This document shows, piece by piece, positions 37,927-44,912 of a DNA stretch of 64,000 nt. Made by a program: the position numbers and the translations under genes. This stretch comes from Spirochaetaceae bacterium (GTDB lineage Bacteria > Spirochaetota > Spirochaetia > DSM-27196 > PWMO01), in NCBI GenBank assembly GCA_007693325.1, contig REDW01000090.1, positions 32,504 to 96,503 of the forward strand. Reading direction: 5' to 3'. A model generated the notes under the pieces. The model saw only the letters and a program-made list of their open reading frames with translations. It did no database searches and was not told where the DNA came from. The stretch's first letter is position 1. Every line of letters begins with the position of its first letter.

Positions 37927-39155
37927 CGGCCGCCTCCGCCGCCGCCGCCTCCACCACCGCTTGTCGGCATCGGGATGATCGAGCTACCCGACGGTGCCGC
38001 CGGGGCGGTACTGCTTGCAGGGATGCTCGGCAGCACGTCCGCGCGGTCCGGCATCTTCACCAGTTCACCTTCCTTCAGACCGTCCAGCACTACAACAGAG
38101 GCACCGTCATTGGCTCCGAGTTCAACACGCCGGGTGTCCACTTCGTCTTCACCGCTGACAACGTCAACGTAGCTGCGCGTGCGTACGCTGGATACCGCGC
38201 GCGCCGGAATCACGATGCCGCTGTCGCGCGCTATAAGCACCACCAGGTCGGCGCTCATTCCCGGTTTCAGACGGCCCTCGCTGTTGTCGGCGGTGGCGGT
38301 TACGCGAAAGACCGAGATGTTACTGATGATCTCGGCTTCCGGGCTGATGCTCTCGAGTTGTGCCTGCAGCGAGGTGCCCTCCAGCGCATCGCTGCGGATG
38401 CTCACCGGCATCCCGACCGCTACGCGCGCGATATCGTATTCGTCGATTTCGGCGCGAAAGCGCAGGCGTGACAGATCGCCAAATGTCATCAGGGTGGAGT
38501 TCTGGCCGGCAAAATCGCCCTGGTTTACTGCCGTAGACAGAACGGTTCCGTCGAATGGGGCGCGGATGACAGCGGCGTCACGGTCTGCCAGCGCGGTGTC
38601 GAGGGAAACGGCGGCTTTGTCGACCGAGAGCGCTGCCGAGCGCAGGGCATACTGTGCCGAAGCAAACTGGTCACGCGCGGTCTCCACCTGCTCGCGTGAT
38701 ACCGCTCCGGAGGCCAGCAGCGCCTCCCGCTCCTGCAGCACCTTCTCGGCCTTGGTCAGCGTTTCGCCGGCGCGTTGGTGGTTGATCTCGGCCTCCTGCA
38801 GCGCAATACGCGCCAGCGAGACCGCTCTTTCGGCTGCTCGATCGTCAAATGCGATCAGGATCTGCCCCTGGCGAACCGTAGCTCCCTCGGCGGCAACCGA
38901 GACCACCGTGCCGCCGGACGGAGCACGCAGGGTGCGTATCAGGTGCGGTTCGGCAACCGCCGGGCTTTCCACGCTCACGGTTACCGAGCCTTCGGCTGCC
39001 TCGGCAGTCTGGATCCGCGGTTCTTGCGCTTCGCCCTGATTGTCATCGTTGAGCCGTTGATAGACAGTCCAGCCGGAACCCACCAGGATCGCTATTACGA
39101 CGATGGCGATCAGCGGCTTGCTACGCTTTTTCTTTGTGCGCGGTTTTGCTATCAT
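37923..39155 (-). CDS. efflux periplasmic adaptor (membrane fusion protein, MacA/HlyD family)
   Basis: N-terminal TM anchor, coiled-coil hairpin, beta-barrel domain pattern, and an unusual Gly10 C-terminal tail. Confidence 0.85.
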   Translation of the reverse strand: MIAKPRTKKKRSKPLIAIVVIAILVGSGWTVYQRLNDDNQGEAQEPRIQTAEAAEGSVTVSVESPAVAEPHLIRTLRAPSGGTVVSVAAEGATVRQGQILIAFDDRAAERAVSLARIALQEAEINHQRAGETLTKAEKVLQEREALLASGAVSREQVETARDQFASAQYALRSAALSVDKAAVSLDTALADRDAAVIRAPFDGTVLSTAVNQGDFAGQNSTLMTFGDLSRLRFRAEIDEYDIARVAVGMPVSIRSDALEGTSLQAQLESISPEAEIISNISVFRVTATADNSEGRLKPGMSADLVVLIARDSGIVIPARAVSSVRTRSYVDVVSGEDEVDTRRVELGANDGASVVVLDGLKEGELVKMPDRADVLPSIPASSTAPAAPSGSSIIPMPTSGGGGGGGGGGR

Positions 39156-40648
39156 CGAGTACCTCCAAACAGGGAATGATAGATGGACGCAGGCAGCGCA
39201 TGCGGCAGATACGCGGTTGCCAGATAGGCCAGTTGTGCTCCGACCAGGTTGATTTCCGCCTCCGTGACTGCCAGTTCGGCACGCCTGGCCGCCGCGTGGG
39301 CAGCGGCCGCTTCGGCCGGTGCGGCCAGACCGAGTGCATCGCGAGCGCGTATCGCATCCAACGAGGCGTCAAAGCGCTGCAGAGCCTGACGTGCTGACTC
39401 GAGCAAGGCTTCGGCGGAATCGATGCGCCGGTAGCGCGAGCGGACGTCGGCTTCCAGCGACCGCTCCAGGGCTTCCAGCCGGGTAGCTTCGTACCGTACA
39501 GCGGCTTCGGCTGCTTCAATTGCATGTGAGCGCGCGCTGCCGACACCCAGCGAGAAGACCGCCTGAAACGTGATTGAATTTCTGTTTGAGTCCGAGCTGC
39601 TGCGATCCGAGCGTGACGTTACGTCGGTTCCAATCCCGATCGGCGGCGGAGTGTACGACAGAGAGAGCGATGGCCGGGCAAAAGAGTAGGAGATCGAGCC
39701 GCTCTGATCGTCGGCATCCGAATAGGACAGACGCAGTGTAGACAGCAACGGATCCCGTGGTACGCTGGTGCTCGCCAGCGCGCTGTCAAGTGCGGCCTGC
39801 TGCTGCGCGATGCGCGGATGGTCGGCATCGATGCGGTCCAGAGCAGATTGAAGCGGTGGCACGTCCAGTCGTCCAATATCTGCCGTTGGAGACCGCGGCG
39901 TATAATCGTCGATCATCTCGGGCGATCCAAAGCGATGCGGAATCTCGCTGCCACTGAGAACCAGTAGATCCAGCAGCAGCAGTTCCGCGCTCGTTGTGCC
40001 GTTCTCCATTGCCTGCTGGGTGCGGCGATAGTCCTCGCGCACGCTGAAAAGATCGATCAGCGAAATTTCTCCGCCGCGGTAGCGCGCCTCTTCGGCGTCC
40101 AGCAGGCGGCGCGCGGCATTGTATTCGGCCTCGAGTACCGGGATTTCCGCCCAGGCGATGTAGACCGCCGCGTAGCTGGAATAGAGCGTTGCCGCCGTGT
40201 CCAGCAGTACCCGACTCAGCTCGGCCTCGGCGCCCTGCAGACGTGCCAACGCTCGTTCCAGGTGTAGTCCGTCGGCCGCGCTCAGCCCTGTCGGAATGGT
40301 AGTCCCGATTGTGGCGCTGACTTCGTGATATAGGTCGGGATCCTCATCGGCCGGCCACGACGTCTTCCACCACGGTGTCAGCGAGAAAGACAGATCTCCG
40401 CGATAGCCGGCCGCAACGGCTTCCTGCCGTGCAACCTGGTAGCTGTTGCGTGCAGCCGCCACCTGGCCGGTGTCACCTGTACGCTGCAAAAGTGCGATCA
40501 GGCTCTGCGGTATCGCATCGTCCGGTTGCGGTGACAGTGCGACCAGCGGTTGCGCTGTTATTGAGAGTGTCATTAGTGTCATCATTGCTGCCAGCACAAG
40601 CAGCGCCGGTTTGCGCGTGCCGCTTTGATAAACGTTTGGCGTTTTCAT
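39152..40648 (-). CDS. TolC-like outer membrane efflux protein
   Basis: Signal peptide after MKTPNV and two OEP-like repeats rich in A/L/R coiled-coil. The track ORF (802 aa) continues antisense through the response-regulator gene, so I trimmed to the ATG at 40648. Confidence 0.7.
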   Translation of the reverse strand: MKTPNVYQSGTRKPALLVLAAMMTLMTLSITAQPLVALSPQPDDAIPQSLIALLQRTGDTGQVAAARNSYQVARQEAVAAGYRGDLSFSLTPWWKTSWPADEDPDLYHEVSATIGTTIPTGLSAADGLHLERALARLQGAEAELSRVLLDTAATLYSSYAAVYIAWAEIPVLEAEYNAARRLLDAEEARYRGGEISLIDLFSVREDYRRTQQAMENGTTSAELLLLDLLVLSGSEIPHRFGSPEMIDDYTPRSPTADIGRLDVPPLQSALDRIDADHPRIAQQQAALDSALASTSVPRDPLLSTLRLSYSDADDQSGSISYSFARPSLSLSYTPPPIGIGTDVTSRSDRSSSDSNRNSITFQAVFSLGVGSARSHAIEAAEAAVRYEATRLEALERSLEADVRSRYRRIDSAEALLESARQALQRFDASLDAIRARDALGLAAPAEAAAAHAAARRAELAVTEAEINLVGAQLAYLATAYLPHALPASIYHSLFGGTR

Positions 40649-40693
40649 GCTGCCATAGGTACACTGCGCCGGAGGAGCCAATAGGGAGAAACG

Positions 40694-40710
40694 GTGAAGT
40701 TTGCGTGAAG
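40694..40710 (+). promoter_or_regulatory. direct repeat GTGAAG-N5-GTGAAG (11-bp phasing), OmpR-family binding-site candidate
   Basis: Lies in the 201-nt divergent spacer between the TolC-like and response-regulator genes. Confidence 0.35.
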
Positions 40711-40750
40711 ATGTCGGCGTCCCGTTTGTTGGCCGCGGAGCGTGCCGCGG

Positions 40751-40767
40751 CTTCACCTGATCTTCAT
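40751..40767 (-). promoter_or_regulatory. direct repeat ATGAAG-N5-GTGAAG on the minus strand (11-bp phasing)
   Basis: The plus strand reads CTTCAC-ctgat-CTTCAT. It is the mirror-oriented partner of 40694-40710. Confidence 0.35.
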
Positions 40768-40849
40768 ATCTTCTCCGTGTGTCCGACACACGCTGCGCGC
40801 ATAGTGAGAGCATTCGTAGTATATTGTGAGACTGGGAGCCGGGGTAATC

Positions 40850-41620
40850 ATGGCACGCATTTTTGTAGTGGAAGATAACGAGGGATTGCGCGATACCATC
40901 GTCTCGTATCTGCAGCTGGACGAACACGAGGTAGTGCCGTTTTCCCGGCTTGCCGGGCTGGAGGACGCCGCGCGGATGCGTCGGCCGGACCTGCTGATTC
41001 TTGACGTGATGCTGCCCGACGGAGACGGGTTTCTCTTTGCGCGCAAACTGCGTGCCTTCTGTGCTGCGCCGATCATCTTTCTGACCGCACGGACGTCCGA
41101 GTCTGACCGCATCACCGGCTTTGAAGTCGGAGGCGATGACTACGTGGTAAAACCGTTCTCCAACAAGGAACTGATGCTGCGCGTCCGCGCACTGCTTCGT
41201 CGGGTGCAGACCGCCGCGGCCGCACCGGCTGAATCCGCGCTGCAGCGCTGGAGTCTGCAGCATGACGGCCACGGTCATGCGCTGGAACTCGACCAGGCGG
41301 GTCACCTCTGTCGCCACAACGGCAAGGCGGTGGCGTTGACCGCCGCGGAGTGGAAGATCCTGAGCCATCTTGCGCAGAACCCCTCGATAGTGGTGTCGCG
41401 CGAGAGACTGCTGGGCGTCTGCCTGGACTACCTGGCCGAGGGCTCGGAGCGTACCATCGATACTCACATCAAGAATATTCGGATCAAGCTTGCACACGTC
41501 CCGTGGATCGACACCGTGCGCGGTTTCGGGTACCGATTCACCGGTGAGCCGTCGCGCCACGGCAAGGGTTCTGAGGCCTCCGGCCGCACGGCGTCACAAC
41601 CGGACGGCGTCGATGCGTAG
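40850..41620 (+). CDS. OmpR/PhoB family response regulator
   Basis: MARIFVVEDNEGLRD receiver domain (DLLILDVMLPDGDG) and a winged-helix C-terminus (VRGFGYRF) followed by an extension of about 25 aa. Confidence 0.9.
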   Translation: MARIFVVEDNEGLRDTIVSYLQLDEHEVVPFSRLAGLEDAARMRRPDLLILDVMLPDGDGFLFARKLRAFCAAPIIFLTARTSESDRITGFEVGGDDYVVKPFSNKELMLRVRALLRRVQTAAAAPAESALQRWSLQHDGHGHALELDQAGHLCRHNGKAVALTAAEWKILSHLAQNPSIVVSRERLLGVCLDYLAEGSERTIDTHIKNIRIKLAHVPWIDTVRGFGYRFTGEPSRHGKGSEASGRTASQPDGVDA

Positions 41621-42929
41621 TCTGTTTCGCCGCACGTTCATCGCTTTCATCTCCAGTTTTGCGGTGCTGCTGATCGTGCTCGGCGGCGCACTGGTTGCGG
41701 GCTACCAACATTCGTTGTCGACCTGGAGCGCACGCCGCATGACGATGGTTGAGAACGCCGCGCGGCGGATCCTCAGCGGCAGCCCTGCAGTCGAGGAGCA
41801 ACTGCCACAGGACGTGCCGGTGTTCATCTATGATGCCGAGGGCACGCTGGTCGCCTCAAACCGCGGGGTCGGGCGGCGGCGCGACCTGGAGCACGAGGAA
41901 CAGCGTGTTGCACTGCGGGCCGGGGAACGGCTGATGGGTTACTACTCGGTTGGCTCGGCGGTCTTTCGCAACGACGCCGCCAACCGGGCGCTGGCCCAGT
42001 CGCTGGTGCGCGCCGCGGCGGCAGGTGCGCTGGCAGCCTTTGCGGCGGCGGTGGTTGCCGCCTGGGGATTTGCGCGTTCACTGTCCAACCCTGCCGCCCG
42101 CGTTGCCGAGGGTATTGATTCGATTGCCCACGGCACGCCGACGGAACCGATTCCCGAGCAGGGTGCCGAGGAAATCGTGCGGATTGCCCACGCGGCCAAC
42201 ATGCTGGCAACACGGCTGAACAACGAACGGAGTCTGCGTACCCAGTGGGCTCAGGATGTTGCCCACGATCTGCGTACGCCGATCGCCTCGATTCGCGCCC
42301 AACTGGAGGCCATAGTCGACGGCGTCTACCAGCCCGACCCCACGCGTATCAACGGCACGCTGGCTGAACTGGAACGCGTTGAGCGGCTGATCGCCGATCT
42401 CGATGAGCTGATGAGACTGGAAGAACCCAACGTGAAAATGAACCTGAGCCGATTCAGTGCCGCCGATTTTGCCGCTACGCTGGCCCAACGCTTTGGTCAC
42501 GAGATCGAGAAGAAGAAGATCCTCTGGGAGGTTGACGCCCACGATACGCAGTTGAACGGTGACGAGACGCTGTTGTACCGCGCACTGTCCAACGTTCTGG
42601 CCAACGCTATCCGTCACACTCCGGAGAGAGGCCGCATCCGCCTGGCGCTGTGGCATGCCGTGTCCTCCGGGGAGCAGGAACCGATCGTCTCCGGCGATGC
42701 GGCCGGGACCGTGCGCATTACTGTCACCAATGACGGACCGCCGATCCCGCCGCAGGAACTGCCGCATCTGTTCGAGCGGCTCTACCGCGGTGAGTACGCA
42801 CGCAACAGCGACGGCTCCGGGCTGGGGCTGACTATCGCACACCGTATCGTGCTGCTTCATAACGGAACCATCGATATCAGCAGCAATACGGCCGAGGGCA
42901 CTACTGTCTCGATCGCCTTGCCGCAATAG
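41613..42929 (+). CDS. sensor histidine kinase (2 TM, HAMP, HisKA, HATPase_c)
   Basis: H-box AHDLRTPIAS, N-box LSNVLANAIRH, G-box GSGLGLTI. The ATG at 41613 overlaps the RR stop. Confidence 0.9.
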   Translation: MRSLFRRTFIAFISSFAVLLIVLGGALVAGYQHSLSTWSARRMTMVENAARRILSGSPAVEEQLPQDVPVFIYDAEGTLVASNRGVGRRRDLEHEEQRVALRAGERLMGYYSVGSAVFRNDAANRALAQSLVRAAAAGALAAFAAAVVAAWGFARSLSNPAARVAEGIDSIAHGTPTEPIPEQGAEEIVRIAHAANMLATRLNNERSLRTQWAQDVAHDLRTPIASIRAQLEAIVDGVYQPDPTRINGTLAELERVERLIADLDELMRLEEPNVKMNLSRFSAADFAATLAQRFGHEIEKKKILWEVDAHDTQLNGDETLLYRALSNVLANAIRHTPERGRIRLALWHAVSSGEQEPIVSGDAAGTVRITVTNDGPPIPPQELPHLFERLYRGEYARNSDGSGLGLTIAHRIVLLHNGTIDISSNTAEGTTVSIALPQ

Positions 42930-43019
42930 GTACTTATTCACACACTCTTCATAGTGACTCCATTGGCCATCCACTTGCTCGGGCGATACTAAGCACAGAA
43001 ATAGTTCAGGAGGTACTGA

Positions 43020-43574
43020 ATGAGTACACGTACTTTGGTTCTTGCAGGAATGATGGCAGCAGTTGCCACCGTCGGCGTCTTTGGCGACGACACGCGCACG
43101 CTGGGGCGTGACGTAGCCCGTGACGGACGGCTCAGCGAGCTGAGCGGAAGTCTGGAGCATCGCGACAACGAATGGTTTGTCGATGCAGGGGACGGCAGCT
43201 ACCAGCTGATGATGGGCCGCTACGGCTACGAACAGCCTCTGCCGCTTGCCGAAGGCGCCGCAGTCGAGGTCCGCGGCTTCGCCGTACCCGACTACGTGGC
43301 GCCGATCAGTGTGGCAACGCGCGGCGAGAGCGCCGAGTTCTGGCACGAGGCGCGCTACCCGCTGTGGGCCGGCTCCGGCGAACGTCGTAACGCAATTGGT
43401 GAGCAGCGTGGTGCCCGTGCTGAGGACGCCCGTGGTCTGGCGCTGGACCGCGAAGCGGCTGCTGCGCCCCGGCTCGAACGCGGTGCGGCGCAGTCGCGGA
43501 CCCGGGATTCCGGCCGAACGCAGCAGCGTGAACAGCAACCTGCACCGCGTGCCGGCCGTCCGGGGCGCAACTGA
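43020..43574 (+). CDS. secreted hypothetical protein with R/E/Q-rich disordered tail
   Basis: AGGAGG RBS 7 nt upstream and a signal peptide. No terminator separates it from the HK gene. A terminator hairpin follows it. Confidence 0.6.
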   Translation: MSTRTLVLAGMMAAVATVGVFGDDTRTLGRDVARDGRLSELSGSLEHRDNEWFVDAGDGSYQLMMGRYGYEQPLPLAEGAAVEVRGFAVPDYVAPISVATRGESAEFWHEARYPLWAGSGERRNAIGEQRGARAEDARGLALDREAAAAPRLERGAAQSRTRDSGRTQQREQQPAPRAGRPGRN

Positions 43575-43611
43575 CGGTTGCGTGAAGGTTCGCGAATCTG
43601 CAACATGAACC

Positions 43612-43635
43612 AGGCCGCCCGTAAGGGCGGCCTTT
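43612..43635. terminator. hairpin terminator AGGCCGCCC-gtaa-GGGCGGCCT + TT between convergent genes
   Basis: Perfect 9-bp GC stem with a GNRA-like tetraloop. It lies between the 43020-43574 gene (+) and the cyclase gene (-). Confidence 0.6.
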
Positions 43636-43744
43636 ACGCGTTGGTGATGTGGCCAGCCGCGCAGTAGACCTGGTTATGCGCGACATCGCGAGCCACGTGT
43701 GCTTTGTCGGGAGCGGACGCATCGGCATTCACCCGGGCGCAGCC

Positions 43745-44731
43745 TCAACCCGCCGCAATTCGGCCCATCAGTTCGGGTTCGTTGTCCGTGCCGTCAGGTC
43801 TGTGGTAGAGGTTGTCGATCCGCCCGGGGATCAGAACTGCCTCACGGTCCTGAAAAGTGATGCGCTTGCTGAACGGGGCGGCAAGCCGCGCCGGCAGACA
43901 AGCGTGCAGCGTCTTGGACAACCCTATCGACCCCGCCGGGACCGCGGACTTCTCGAGGTGGCAGGCGTAGTTGATGACGTCGGAGACAATTGCGCCTACG
44001 TCGTTGGCAAACGTGAGCTTACCGCTGTCCAACCCTGCACGCAGCGCCAGGTCAACCTTATCGGGGAGCTCCATGCGGGTGTTCAAAACCGGCATAGTAA
44101 GCTGGAGCTCAAGGGCAAACTGCACCGCGCGAACTTCGTGCTCCTTGAACGCAAACGCTATGATGCCGCCATCACCGTTCCAGTTCCAGATACGCCCGTC
44201 GTAGGGGCGCAGCCTGTCCTTGACATGCTGGGCCAACTGAAACAGCGCCTTGCCGACCTTCCTGGCACCGTGACTGCGCGACAGCGCCGAGCTGCCCACC
44301 ACGTCAAGACTCAGCACGGTCAGCGGGTAGGACCTGCCGTTGCGCAGCGATCCCCAGTTCATCAGCTCGAACGGATCGTCCTTGATCTTGATGACCTGTC
44401 GGCGCGAGAAATCGTAGGCCAGCCCCGACCCGGTCAGCTTGTCGAGGAACAGCTCGATGCCTTCCACATTGGCCTGCCGCCCCATGAATTGCGAGCCGTC
44501 GGTCTCGACCAGCAGGTGAATCAGCTTGGGATGGCAGTTACACTCCGAACAGTGTTGAACCAGTAGTTGGGCTGCGCGTCTGGCCGGAATCGTAATGTGA
44601 TTCTGTTCATTGAGCAGTTTGTAGATATCGAAATTTCCAAACAGCAGCTTACCGAGTTCCTCGATCTGAGCTGCTTTGAAATTAGTTGCGAGAAGCTCGA
44701 TCAGGTCTTTTTCCAACGCGATGTCCAACAT
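43745..44731 (-). CDS. class III nucleotidyl (adenylate/guanylate) cyclase domain protein with helical N-terminal adaptor-like domain
   Basis: Cyclase homology domain (VLSLDVVGSSAL, WNGDGGIIAF, ALRAGLDSG, VINYACHLEK). A TATAAT box overlaps the upstream ATG at 44809, so I prefer the ATG at 44731, which has a GGGGGA RBS. Confidence 0.7.
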   Translation of the reverse strand: MLDIALEKDLIELLATNFKAAQIEELGKLLFGNFDIYKLLNEQNHITIPARRAAQLLVQHCSECNCHPKLIHLLVETDGSQFMGRQANVEGIELFLDKLTGSGLAYDFSRRQVIKIKDDPFELMNWGSLRNGRSYPLTVLSLDVVGSSALSRSHGARKVGKALFQLAQHVKDRLRPYDGRIWNWNGDGGIIAFAFKEHEVRAVQFALELQLTMPVLNTRMELPDKVDLALRAGLDSGKLTFANDVGAIVSDVINYACHLEKSAVPAGSIGLSKTLHACLPARLAAPFSKRITFQDREAVLIPGRIDNLYHRPDGTDNEPELMGRIAAG

Positions 44732-44807
44732 AGGACGTATTCCCCCGGAGATGACGGTATTGTGCGCAACTTTGTTAGTTTTTCTGACGCGACGTACGTT
44801 GCCCTCC

Positions 44808-44835
44808 ATTATACTACATTACCGCAAAAAGTGAA
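44808..44835 (-). promoter_or_regulatory. sigma70-like promoter TTCACT-N16-TATAAT for the cyclase gene
   Basis: A perfect TATAAT overlaps the first in-frame ATG at 44809, which argues for the downstream ATG at 44731. Confidence 0.4.
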
Positions 44836-44912
44836 GTGCTTTGCAGTGGCTATGCAAAACCGAACGTCCTCGCGTATGATGGAGGCAACTTCAAGCAGAT
44901 GTCGGAGGGCGT

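Noticed and set aside
39152-41560. 802-aa minus-strand ORF that looks like a giant outer-membrane protein
   Set aside because: Only the C-terminal 499 aa, starting at MKTPNV with a signal peptide, are TolC-like. The upstream 300 codons or so run antisense through the well-supported response-regulator gene and have arginine/proline-rich junk composition typical of antisense frames in G+C-rich DNA.
43745-44809. Complete Pycsar/CBASS-type defence operon around the cyclase
   Set aside because: No effector gene (TIR, TM, phospholipase, nuclease or cNMP-binding) lies adjacent. The neighbours are glgP and an unrelated secreted protein with its own terminator. Only the lone cyclase is reported, as a lead.
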